A DNA stretch of 64,000 bases from Tubulanus polymorphus (lineage: Eukaryota > Animalia > Nemertea), in NCBI RefSeq assembly GCF_964204645.1, contig NC_134032.1, forward strand, positions 1,608,416 to 1,672,415, written 5' to 3'. The notes below the pieces were generated by a model that was not told the origin of the DNA, made no database searches, and saw nothing but the letters and a program-made list of their open reading frames with translations. A program made the position numbers and the translations under genes. Of this stretch, positions 38,989-51,338 are shown piece by piece; the stretch's first letter is position 1, and every line of letters starts with the position of its first letter.

Positions 38989-41900
38989 ATGTTTAAAAAC
39001 ATGCTTTCCAGATCGATCCCGATATCGGGTGAAACCGCCGCGAATTTAGTGCAAAAATTATACGGATTACACGCGATTGACGTGAAAATTCTGAACGGAT
39101 TTCGCGACGCGAACTTCTACATAAAATCCAAAAACGGGGACGAATTCGTGCTGAAGATAATGAATACCGCGCAAACTAAAGCGCCAAACCAAACTGGTAA
39201 GTCAGTCAGTTAACCAGTCAATCAGTCAGTAAACTGATAAGTCAGTCAGTTAACCAGTCAATCAGTCAGACAGTAAACTGGTAAGTCAGTCAGTTAACCA
39301 GTCAATCTGTCAGTCAGTAAACTGGTAAGTAAGTCAGTTAACCAGTCAATCAGTCAGTCAGTCATGTCAGGAATTTTCCCCAATTGCCAATTTTCGACAG
39401 AGTCTAATATCACCGCGGCGAATTTCCCTCAATTTCGTCAAAAACATAGTTTCGAAAGAAACGAAAAACTCGCCGCGGCTTTCGGGCCTATTTCCAAGGT
39501 GGTCGACACTGCGAAATACGCCGACCGATTACTAGTCGACTGGCTACGAATTTCGCCCTGTTAGATTTCATTATTTTTCCTCTCATTTTCAGTCGCTCTG
39601 ATTCAGATGTTGCAATACCTGAATGAACAGGACGGTATAGCAGTACCGAAACCGGTCAGAACGACGAATGGAACGTTTCACGATATCAAAGAAATAACTT
39701 ACGACAATCAGATATCAAGTGAGTTTGTGTATAGTGGGTCGGCGGTAGACGGGAAGGTTGGATCCAAGATGTATTTCAATGTATTCCAGAATATGGTCGG
39801 AAAAATTAGAATAACATACTTTCTAGAAATACCTAAATACAAGGATATATAGTCATTTTTCAAATTTTGTTCTCGGGGAGGAACCCGAAACCGCCCTCTT
39901 TAATGAACTTCGCCGCCGCCGCCGCCATTAATTGAGCGATAATTTCTAAGAATAAAGTCAAGTTCACCTGCTGGATCCACCCCTGGGAAGGCTAGCTACG
40001 TTTGAGCTGCGAGGGAGGTCGAAATGATGGGTAATCCAAAGAAATGGAATATAAAGAATCAAGTCAATTTAAAATGCTTCGTGATAAACTGATATAAAAA
40101 ATCAGTTAGCCTAAAGAGTCACCTGTATCAATGTTTACAGTTTTAATTAGTTTATAGGGGTCCGATCCGATCTAAGAACTTGTCCGATTGCCCGGGACAA
40201 GTATACTATCATTAGGGCAATTAGGTTATCATTTATCACTTGTCCCCCGGGCTAGCGCATTCTTTATGTCTCGAAGCTTTTTCCCAATCGATACAACTAA
40301 ACAGTTGGACTGCTTGTGTAGGGCAAGTAGATTTTGGAGGGGGCAAGTAAAATTTCAGATATGCGCTTGCCCATGAGCAAGTGGTTTTTATTCCTTAGAT
40401 CGGACGCTGAGTGTCATAATAGGCCTACCAGTGACGGAATACATATCTCGCTATACGGCGCTGTACTGATTTTAAACGCCGATACGTCTGCCCTATTTTG
40501 TGCTGAATATTCTATTTGTATTGCTAAAATTCTTTTCTGAGATTTTTCCGTAGCTTGTAACGTATGTTGAACAATGCGAGGGGTGCGGGGGTGCGGGGGT
40601 GACTTACTTTTTCTATTATATGCCTATATATTCAAAGGACGTGAACTCTATCGTCGCTGTATAAACTCTACACAGTACCGGTTCCTTTATAGACCCAATG
40701 CTCCAAATTCCACTAACCGGTTTCCACTTTTCGTTATCGCAGATACAGGTGAATCGATTACTGCCGCATCGACGACGAGCGGCTCGCATCTGGTGCGGTT
40801 ACAGTCGTTTCTACCGGGAACGGTTTTCCACGATATTCCAGGAGAGAACGTACCCAGCGGATTTTACTACCAGCTCGGCGAATCCATCGCAAATCTACAA
40901 AAATCCCTCATGGTAAAAATCAACAGTTATCGCCTCTTTTTTATCGACAATACATCCTCGCTTGCCGCAGACCCTTCATTGTTCTATTACACCGCCCGAG
41001 ATTTCTATGGCGGACGCCTTGCCGTTCAGCGGCCACCGGGCTTGCTAGCCAATCAGATGCGTTGTTTTTCACCCGTAGATTCGTTCTGCTTCTGACTGGC
41101 TAGCATGACTGATGGCCGCTGAGCTGCAACCTGCGCCCGTCCAATGAAATCTTTGGTGGGACCAATGAAGGGTCTGCGGCCAGGGTTTGCGTTGGCGCGA
41201 GCTTCGACATGAAGCATTCAAACCCTGGCAAGCGAGGATGTACCAATGTAAAAACCGCGCACGTGGCTGAAGTAACAAAACGCTTATATTTCCCAATACG
41301 ATTGCGTCTTCTTAAAGGAATGTCCAGTTCGTCTGCCCGAAGTACCGTTAGAAGCGGATGAAGGCAATCTAATGAATCTACCTAAATTACGAGATTTACT
41401 GCAATTCGTCAACGATGCCGAACATCGACAAGTTCTGTCCAACATCGTGACGGAATTTGAAGAAATCGTGCTCACAAATCTACACAACCTACGCGCAAGT
41501 ACGGCGTTACTGCTGAATAAGGCATTGTTTAATTACTTGGATTACGGATCTTTTCGTCAAGAAAAAAAGTGGGAGGGCGAAGGGAAACAAATTCAAAAAA
41601 ACAATTTTATGATAGGCGTTTTAAAATGATGGGAGGGAACCGGAAAAATGAAGATAGAAATCTATGATTTTTAGTATACTTTTAAAAAGAGTGAAAATTG
41701 TGATGAATTTTATTCAAATGATGCGAGAAATGAAAGAAAAACTAACTTTTTGCAATAATCATAACATTGAAAATTAAGACGAATATAACTTTTAAAAGAT
41801 ACTAGATTGAAAATCATGGCGGACATATAAATAATGGTGATGAAACAAGAAGGACTGAAAGAAATAGTTTTTTTTGTTAAAGTGGTAAATTTTGAGGAAT

Positions 41901-42438
41901 TCTGGGAGGCGAATCCAAGTAATTAAGATAAAGCCTGAGATTCTAAAATCATTTCACGTATTATAACTGACTTACAGAGTACTTCGATTTTTCAGGTGTG
42001 ATTCACGGCGATATTAATACCGAAAACGTGGTCGTCTCCGGTTTAAACAGCGACCGCGGAATACACCTCGCCTTCATCGACTTTGACGAGGCGAACGAAG
42101 CTTACCTCGTATTCGACCTGGCGATCGCGCTCGCCTACTTCACGTGTTTCAACAAGGGCCGCGACATGTTCGAAATATGTCGCGAGATTTTACGCGGTTA
42201 CACTTCGAATTTCTACATTGCCGACGCGGAAAAGCGAGTTTTGAAGACTTGTATCTGCGCTAGATTCGCTCAGAGTATGCTGTTAGGTTGGAGCATTTAC
42301 GCGCGCGACCCGGCTAAGACATACGCTCTGGATGTTTACCGCAATGGTTGGTCGGTTCTGGAGAAATTTCGCCAAGTCACGGATCTTTGGAACAAGGTGT
42401 TCACGGGAACAACAGCTATTGATCAAAGCACGTTATGA
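38989..42438 (+). CDS. HYKK: Hydroxylysine kinase-like (AGPHD1/HYKK; APH/choline-kinase fold), about 375 aa; exons 38989-39196, 39593-39718, 40743-40912, 41318-41498, 41996-42438
   Basis: Contains DANFYI..EFVLKIMN, HLVRLQSFLPG, the Brenner motif IHGDINTEN, IDFDE, VFDLAI and ARFAQS..GW. Junctions are in phase. The start codon could be 38989 or 39001. Confidence 0.85.
39191..39365 (+). repeat. About four tandem 40-44-bp copies of the HYKK exon-1 donor region
   Basis: AAACTGGTAAGTCAGTCAGTTAACCAGTCAATCAGTCAGT is repeated. Confidence 0.85.
40953..41240. mobile_element. MITE family D (TA TSD) in HYKK intron 3
   Basis: TA|CATCCTCGCTTGCC...GGCAAGCGAGGATG|TA; partial ends also at about 43323, 44708 and 51566. 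Confidence 0.7.
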
Positions 42439-43130
42439 ATAAATTAGGCGAGGAGTCAGGAGCGGATTTAGCTTTTGGGAAAAGAAGGGGCGCGCGTTGA
42501 ATATAGGGTCGCTATCGTTTGTGGCCCAAAGAAAATTCTAAAACATTAGATGTATATATAGGCGCGCATTCTGAGCACTTTCCTGGTAGAAATATGGAAT
42601 GTAATATGCTCACAATTTCACCAATATTTCTCGATTCAATGAATTATCGGTTTTTAGCACTTTTAATCTGTAAAAAAGTTGGTTTTTATCATATCGTTTT
42701 CTCTACGGTTATTCTATCGCCAATGTGTTTGACTGGTTGCCTGTCGAATTCTGCGCCACGACATTCGCAGTCCGGCAACCGGTCTATCGATATGCGGATG
42801 ACTTCGACGACGGGCCTCTTGTTTCGAATTTCATTTTTCTTTAAGAAAAACTAATTGGACATTTTCTAAGTGACACTGCGTAGGCTATATCGCGTACGTG
42901 CTATTAGGGAGGGGCGTCGCTATTGACTGACATTCGAACGATGCAGAGGGAGTGCAGCAGGTGGTTGGCCGTGAGAGTGAAACTGACATTTTTAACTTCA
43001 AATAATACCGATGAATATCAAACGACGGACGATAAAGAACGTGCGCGCGCTGCTCTAAGAACCAACGACCAATTTCGACTAAACCGAAAGAGGCCGAGAC
43101 ATCTTTTCAACGACATTGCGTGCGGCGAAA

Positions 43131-43949
43131 ATGAATTCGATATCGACTTTCTGTTTGGTCATTTTGGGTGAGTTATGCTGGGGAAAAAATGTTTCCTTTC
43201 TCTAGATCGCATTATGTATACATCCTCGACGTGGAAATTTAATTCTTCCTAAAACGTTCACTGTAGGCCACGTCGTGACGTCATTGTTTAAATGGCTGCT
43301 TTTAGAGTAACAATTATAGACCCATCCTCGCTTGCCAGGGTTTGACTGCCTCCTGCCGAAGCTCACTCCGCCACAAACCCAGGCCGCAATACCCTTTATT
43401 CGTCTATTACATTGCTCAGGATTTCTTGAGAGGACAGGTTGCCGGTAAGCGGCCACCGGTCTATGTATTAAGCCAATCGGATGCGTTGGTTTCCAACGGC
43501 GGATTCGATCCATCAAAACCACGCATCTGAAAGTTGATTTCTTGAAGGCGCACTACTACCTTAGAGCCAAATCTTAACTCAAAGCTGCAGAACATAATTT
43601 TGGGGATTTGGTAACAGGAGTGGAGGTGTAGGTGCCCCATGACATGAACTGATGACGGGAACTGATAACGGGACTGCCTTCAAAATGGCCGTTCGATCAT
43701 TCGGGTTTTTCGTTTGAAAATCTTTCAGCATCCGCCGTCGTCATGGTTTCCATGTTAATCGAGACGGGACATTGTTGGAATGCCGAACAGAGATTGAAAG
43801 TTTGTCTGAAACATTGCGAAACGGTAACCAAGGATGAAACCGCGGCGGGACACTGCAAGAAAGACTGTCCTGAAGTAGTGGCGTGCGAGGCACATTGCCG
43901 CACCCCTGATGGCCGATATCACGCGAAATGTTGGGCCGAATGTTGGTAG
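43131..43949 (+). CDS. Small secreted 8-Cys peptide 1 (85 aa); exons 43131-43167, 43729-43949
   Basis: ATG..TTG G|GTGAGT donor and TTTCAG|CA phase-1 acceptor give MNSISTFCLVILASAVVMVSMLIETGHC-WNAEQRLKVCLKHCETVTKDETAAGHCKKDCPEVVACEAHCRTPDGRYHAKCWAECW*. Hydrophobic N-terminus; paralogous to the two neighbouring genes. Confidence 0.8.
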
Positions 43950-44291
43950 CGACGACCCAACCGGAAATTACGTATAAAACGGGTTAGAAATGAATCTATC
44001 GGGTTCGAATCCCAAATAATTAAACATGCGGGTATTTTCAGTGAATGCTACCTCATTAATTTATGTTAATCAAAATATTTACGAAATATATACAAATACA
44101 TGTTGAATGATTTCAAAAAAAGAAGTGACTTGTCTTCGTGGAGATAGTTTCGATGCAAAATAGGACCACTGCATGCATTTACACTCGAACCAAACCCAAA
44201 GCCCAACCGTTGCAAGGATCGGACCTAGGAGCTCCAACTACGTGTGCTAACCTTGACACTATAGAACTCTATTGCGTGTGCTGGTATTTAG

Positions 44292-44525
44292 GGCCAACTT
44301 CGGTTATCGGAGTTAGTCGACTATAGTCGAACTACATGAAACCGAATATCCGTTAGTCGGAACTATGGTCCGGAAATGATCGACCACGCAATTGAGCACG
44401 GTAGCTACAGTTCGGACCTAGGTTCAAGATGGCCGACACTGTGAAATACGTTACGACCGAACTATAGTGTGTTCGGTTATTAGTTCCGACCACTAGTCGA
44501 CTAGCTACGAAAACCGAAGTTGGCC
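44292..44525 (+). mobile_element. Harbinger-like MITE (234 bp, 3-bp TSD TAG)
   Basis: TIR GGCCAACTTCGGTT; inverted near-identical copy at 49819-50052. Confidence 0.75.
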
Positions 44526-46082
44526 TAGGCTGTAGACAAGCATCACCGTGGTGGCCATTTCTCTGTTTCTTACAACGTTCCTTTCATCAGTCATTCCTTA
44601 TCCCTAGACTGGTCGCCTGTCCAATTCTGCACCACCTGCATTCGCAGACAGAATCTAACTGAAGGTAGAGACCGGCAACCAGTCTATCTTTATCCCCATG
44701 ATGACTCCATCCTCGCTTGCCAGGGGTCCAGTATCACTCCCGAACTCGCTTCCACCAGCCCCCTGGCCTCACGAAGCGTGATTTCATTACTGGCGCTGTT
44801 GCGCATGACGTCATATATCGATTTGCGAAATACTTCCTTGTTCGGTAAAACGTTCGCTGATTGGTCCATTTAACGGGAAAACCAACAGAAGTCTACTGTC
44901 GGTTTGTTACAAGCGCTGTGATTGGTACGACCGGATTCTGGTCGGCTGGTAACGACTCCAACGACTCGTGAGGTCAAGGGGTTCGGGGGAACAGCTTTAG
45001 CGTAGTAGGTTCGAATCCCTTGACGGGTGAAGATGTGATGACTCCAGTTTCTTTGGTTAAAGGAAGATTTTCACAACAAACTACTTGAGGATTAGACCGC
45101 GAATCCAGACTTGTCCGTCTTTTCAAAGATGGTCTAGAACACCGAGTGCCCTAAGTTCTGAAATTGCATCTACAGGCATTCTCAAAAATCGCCCTTCCCC
45201 AGCCTACGTCGCAAAGATGCCAGTAGACTCCGCTATTGGGGGGTTAGCCCATCATTTTGTGGCCCACTTGATACTGGAGTTGTATCATTTTGTGTGAAGT
45301 GCCCTCTATAAAACAAGACTGTTTAGACTTTTCGGGCTAGATCCACTCACCCCTCCGAACGAATCGGGACCCAATCGAATAGAGGGTTACCGCGGCTTGA
45401 AACCCTTCATGATAAACCAAAATCTAAACCAAAAAGACTGTTTAGTCTTGGGTGCTGGATCGACCCGAACGAAGATTGTGAACCAGCCGAAAGACGGTTC
45501 CTGGAGATAATCCTCACGTGGCACGAATTCAGGGTATCTGACTAGAGAATTCGAAAAAAAATATACGTACCAAAACTGTTATCGAGACTTCAATGTCGGG
45601 TCGTTTGTTGATACAGCGGTATGAAATCAAGACCACCGGATTCGCGTCGGCAAAGTGCAGCTGTATTTGAACTACGTCACTTGACCAACCGGAATTTTTA
45701 AAAACTGTTTTACCAACATATTTAATTCGAACTACGGAACTCATTTTGTAGAGCTTCGACGAAAAATAGCAAATATCTTTGATTTTTTTTATAAGCTTTG
45801 TGGCGCTTTTCATAACTGATACCATGGGTAGAACCGTTTTGGCTACATTTAGACCTATATTTGTTTTATCACAAATTATTTTTCTGCAGTTTTGGTTTTA
45901 AAAGAACGGGGAACAATTTGGCACCGATGCGATAGGATTCATCGCCGAGTGGGAGATGTAGCCTACTCGATATCGATCCTTGCGCGCGACCCTTCAACGA
46001 CTTTTCTAAACGATATGCAAAATGTGAAAATGAATAAAGTCGGATAAAACGTTTGTAAATAAATCGGGTGGCGCGGGATCCT

Positions 46083-46089
46083 ATAAAAT
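46083..46089 (+). promoter_or_regulatory. TATA box of peptide gene 2
   Basis: TATAAAA in GC-rich flanks, about 75 bp before the ATG at 46158. Confidence 0.55.
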
Positions 46090-46157
46090 CCGCGGCTTTG
46101 AAACCGTTTTTGTCATACAAATTTTCAGCAACGTAGAGAAAAGAGACGTCAGACGCT

Positions 46158-47520
46158 ATGAATTGTTCAGCTTACAGTTTGTTTATCATGGGTGAGTGAA
46201 TACATTTCGTTCAATTCTGAAACATTTCTACAGTTCTATCGTCTACAGCGTGCTGGTCACGCCCGAGTCAAGAGTCATTCCTTGAATATTTGAAACCATC
46301 TTTGAATTCATTCAAATTTCATAATAAACGGCACCGGTTTTGATATTTTATTGATAAGTTGTAAAGATCAAACCAATGATTATTTTTTTCATCAGTACCA
46401 CATCTGAGGTTCCCCTTCATACGTCCTGGCGGGCATCTACATCCATTTTGATGTTTGGTGTCGGGGATTCGTCAACTAGACAAATCCCTTAGGACTTTTT
46501 GAACAGTTCCGCTTCACAGTTCTTTGAGAAAATCTTCCTTTGTAAAAATTGTAACTGACAAGACTGTCGAAATAAATGAAACAAAATGAAAGGTGCTTTT
46601 CGTAAATATCGGACTTTCAATTACGAAATTCTACCAAAACTACACTTTTGGAAATCCAATACAACTAAAACGTTAAGTTAGATATTATGATTATATAATA
46701 ATATATATTAATAATAATATAATATATATATATATATATTAAGATTATGATCATATATTATGGCTTGGGGGGTTGCATTGCAGCTTAGGGTAATATAACT
46801 CATCATTTTCTGGCGCGAAGCCATAGTTTGATTTAATACCATCCTTAGAGGATAGCCGTCATAAAATCTTTTGCTACAAAATTGTCAAAGTTAAGATCTA
46901 GTTGCCTAGCTAGATATTTTGGTCTCTGCTTAAAGTTGTGATTAACTATTTACCCGTAGCCTGTAAAATAATGGTTATTTCTTAAAGTTCGAATTTATCT
47001 ACCCGCCTATCGATCTTTCGGTTTCATCGTTTAAAAAAAGTTCCGTTAGAATGTTAGTCTTCTATGCAAAAGACTGTTGGTGATAGGCCGTAAGTTGCCG
47101 TACGTGCGTTACCGCGTTGGTGTCCCTCTATGATGTGGCGTGTTAAAAAGTGGTGCAGATCGAGGGTCGTATAATCTTTTTCTTTTTTAATATGGCCCGA
47201 ATCAGCCACCATTACTTAACCGTGATAACCCTTTGCCCAACCGTGTGATACCACGCGCCAAATATAATGTATTTTAATATCCGCCATTATATGACGTTAT
47301 TGCCTTGTTTTTCGTCACAGTGTTGATCGGCATGGTGACGGTTGGCATGGTAACTGCTGTAACGGAAGCGGAACGCATGCAAGCCTGCAATGATTCGTGC
47401 GATTCGGGGAATTGCGACTGCGCGACGAGGGTTAAATGTGAAAAACAATGCGGCTATTTCGAGAATGGAGAAGTGGAAAATGATTGCTGGAGCGACTGTC
47501 TATCTGGCGGCCAGCGCTAG
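46158..47520 (+). CDS. Small secreted 8-Cys peptide 2 (77 aa); exons 46158-46191, 47321-47520
   Basis: TATAAAA about 75 bp upstream. ATG G|GTGAGT donor and CACAG|TG phase-1 acceptor give MNCSAYSLFIMVLIGMVTVGMVTA-VTEAERMQACNDSCDSGNCDCATRVKCEKQCGYFENGEVENDCWSDCLSGGQR*. Confidence 0.8.
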
Positions 47521-49560
47521 GTGGATAGTCGGATGAGATGGTGAGCCGGTTTGACGAGATGAATTCCATTTATACCTGGCAAGAAATAAGATTATTTAGG
47601 GAGATTTCTGAAAAAAAGGTTCTAAATTTACATATATTCGATTTATTCAAGACGCTCAAACAAATTAGAATGAGCAATGACCCCTAGCGGGGCGGATCCT
47701 GTGTCTGATTCAGGGCGGGGTGCTTAAAAATATAGCATTTATGTGATTGATAAAAGGGGCACCGCCAGTATATGGCATTAAAACGCCGGACCAGGCCAAA
47801 TTTGGCTCGAGTCTGATCCGTGCCAATTTGCCCCGGGCCGTATCGTATCCGTGTGATCGCGCCTTAGCGCCCTCCTCACTCGATACGAGCACACTGGCGC
47901 CACTCTGATCTCACTTCGGCAAGAATAGCTTCTAGAATACTAACTTTTTCTAGTGGCGCTTACGCAAATACGTTACTAGTCCTAAATACCGGTAATATTG
48001 ATGACTTTTGTACAATTTCAGGCGTGGAAACCGACGAAACCCTCACAGACTCCTGGCAGATTCAGAATTCATTTTTTATTTCGATTTTAATGTATGTACT
48101 TTGTTATGTGCGCATGTAACAATCTTTTTCTCTTCATAATAAAGTTCGCAATTTTAAAATCTCAAATCTATGGTTTTTCATAAATTGAGGCCAAAAATGA
48201 TCCCTTTTTCTCGTTTTCAAAATACCTGAAAATGCTCCGGCAGGCAGGATACTTATTTTTGATTATTTGAAATAAAATAATTTTTTTGGGAAATATTGAC
48301 CAGGCAGGCAGCATTTTTGTTATCAATGGAAATTTATGGAAGCAACCTTCCTTTGTTACCTCCCCTGTTTACCAAATGTGTCATGAGGAGGTTTGCAGCC
48401 ATTCACCCAGAACCGAATAATCGCTGATTGAAATCATTGTCAAGATCTTCGAACCGCAATAGAATGAAAAAAAAAGAACTACAAGACATTCCGACACCCG
48501 GCCTAACGGTTTTTATTTCATTTTATTTCATTTCCTATGAACCAAGAACTTTTTTCGGCAGATTTCATTCTACCGGGTCTCTAAGCCTAGTATGTGCCCT
48601 TCCGGCCGGGCCGAAAACTAATAGCCTCGCTGACCTCTGCAACACCAGTCTGGTCACCTTTCAAAATTGTTCATGGACTTGAGGCTTGTTGTGACGTGAG
48701 CAGAGATGCGCCAGGTGTCAAGAGAAGTGAGATATGATAGTCCAGTAATGTTGCTGCTCTGAGGTGTCGAGCCCGAATCGGGACGACACGGAATGACCCA
48801 AATTCGGGCTGCTCTGAGCCAAGCAACCTCTGGACACCACACCTACCAATCAAACTAGATCTTAGGCCAGTCGATTGGTTATACAAAGCTGTTCTGACAG
48901 AATATTACTTGGCGTTCTGAATACAGTTCCGAATTAAGATTTAACTCCGAGTTAACTCATTGAAAATGAACTAATTTTAACCGAGAGATAACTCTAATTC
49001 ACAACTGCGGAACTGGGTCCTGATTTGTCAGGTTGTTAATGAGTTGTTTGACGTAGGAGTTTCCCTTTCTCCTAGTGTTCGGTCCAACGAGGGCTTTGGT
49101 ATTATATCCCTCGGAAGGTAAGCGGTGTGAAGTGGTTTCAATCGTTTAGCATTGATAGGCGATTTTATCGAGGCATCACGTGTGGCTTACATATTCTGTT
49201 ATATCTAAAATTGCGCAATTTTAGAATCATGCCTGCTAAGTACGTCCATACTGATTATGATGAAATATACCGGGACCTTTATACTACTGGAAATACATTT
49301 TCTAATAACTCTGAATATGATCGACAAACGATGCCTCAACCGTGTCAGATTCCCTTAGTATGAATCTTACGTAGATTTCAACTCGGAAATACGGCGACGG
49401 CGACAAAGTATGTTGCAGCAAGAAAAATTAAAACGGTAACACTTGAAACAGAAAATGAAACTATTCGAAAATGAAAGTCTGAGTGTACACAGCTGTGAAT
49501 CGAATTGGGGAACTGTGTGCGAGACTTCTGTTTCTGGTATTTGTTATTTGGCTATTCGCT

Positions 49561-50598
49561 ATGCAAGCAGGAGTAGTTACTGTCGCAGTTCTCGGTAAGT
49601 AAATTCTCAAAAGAAGTTGACTACGGATCTATAGGCGCAATTGATGAGTCGTAGGCTCGCGCTGGTATATAGAATATAGAATATATTTTTTCATTGTTCA
49701 CAAAATGACATTTGCTTAGAGCGAAAAGACAATGCGATACAATAGCAGAAACAAAATTCTGTTTTATTTTTGGATAGATGTAACGATTAGAAATGTGACA
49801 ATGAAATAACACTCGCTGGGCCAAATTCGGTTTTCGTAGCTAGTCGACTAGTGGTCGGAACTAATAACCGAACACACTATAGTTCGGTCGTAACGTATTT
49901 CACAGTGTCGGCCATCTTGAACCTAGGTCCGAACTTTAGCGACCGTGCTCAATTGCGTGGTCGACCATTTCCGGACCATAGTTCCGACTAACGGACATTC
50001 GGTTTCATGTAGTTCGACTATTATCGTCTAACTCCGATAACCGAAGGTGGCCCTGGCTGAGTCGGGATCGAACCCGGGTCTTGCACGTAGAACGCAAGCC
50101 CAGTAGACCAGTAGACCATTAGAACTAGTTAGTCTATTAGGCAGTGGCTATACAGGTTGCCATATATGCGAAACGCGAGGGGATTCTATGACATTAATTC
50201 ATGGAGTCTCTATGTCTTTTCTAGAATGTTAGTTCGTAGATTTCTAAACACAAAATTGATGAAGCCTCGGAACTTACGTAACAAACGTTCCGATATCATG
50301 AAATAAAGAATTATAAAAAATTACTATTACTATCATTATTATCACTATTATTAATATTATTATTAATATTTCAGTTGTTGGTTCTATGATTAGTCTGTTT
50401 CGGGCGTGCGAGTGTGTGTCCGAGGCTAGACTCGAGGGTAGATTCCAGTTATGCATGGATACTTGTAAACTGGGCGATAAGTGCACCTTGTATTGCCAAG
50501 AGATCCTGGACTGCGAGGTGAAGTGTCGGACACCTGATGGCGAGTACCCTCAACAGTGCTGGAACACCTGCTACGCTATTTATGGCCTCGCAAAATGA
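49561..50598 (+). CDS. Small secreted 8-Cys peptide 3 (85 aa); exons 49561-49594, 50375-50598
   Basis: CTC G|GTAAGT donor and TTTCAG|TT phase-1 acceptor give MQAGVVTVAVLVVGSMISLFRACEC-VSEARLEGRFQLCMDTCKLGDKCTLYCQEILDCEVKCRTPDGEYPQQCWNTCYAIYGLAK*. AATAAA at 50645-50650. Shares CExxCRTPDGxYxxxCWxxC with peptide 1. Confidence 0.8.
49819..50052 (-). mobile_element. Harbinger-like MITE copy in the intron of peptide gene 3 (TSD CTG)
   Basis: Reverse complement of 44292-44525, with CTG on both sides. Confidence 0.75.
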
Positions 50599-51338
50599 TC
50601 ACTTTTTTGTTGGAATGATGAATAACGTCTTACTGTATAATTGAAATAAAATGATCGCGTTCATTGCGCCCTTTTTTATTTTTCGGATTGAAACTTTACG
50701 GGAATCGGAGGAAATTCATTTATGTTTTTGTTTTATGAATCCCAGCATTTGTAGGCACGGATTAAGCCGGTACGACCGTCGATTTTTCAAGAACGATTTT
50801 TTTCGAGGCATCGCAAACGTTTAAAACGCGATGATTACTGTATAGCGGTAAACAAATTAGTTTTTATTATTATCGATTGATTTATCCACTTATTTCTAGC
50901 ACAATATCTGATAATCATCCAATTCATTGTCGACTGATTCGCTTGTTAACCGGCAGTTAGACAGTTAAACTCTTGAGTTCTGTCGGAAGAGTGAACTCTT
51001 ACTCACAACTGTGGAACTGGGTCCAGCTGATTTCCTGTAAATATGCTAATTGATGATCGGATCGTTACTGCTGAAAAGTGATCTATCTGCAATTCTGTTC
51101 AAAATCTGTATTCAATTAACACGGTAATCTCCATCGGAAGATTAGTCCTTTTTAAGTGGCAATAAAGAGTTGAATTGAATTATGGATGCGCCGATGTGGA
51201 TATTCTCGGAGCCACCCATTTCTAACAACCGGAGCTCAATCGGCGCAACACTTCCCGCGAAATGAACTGGAATGTTGAAAAAACTGCGAATAAAAGTGTC
51301 GAAAACATAAATTCGCTTTGAGCAACTGTAATTCAACC

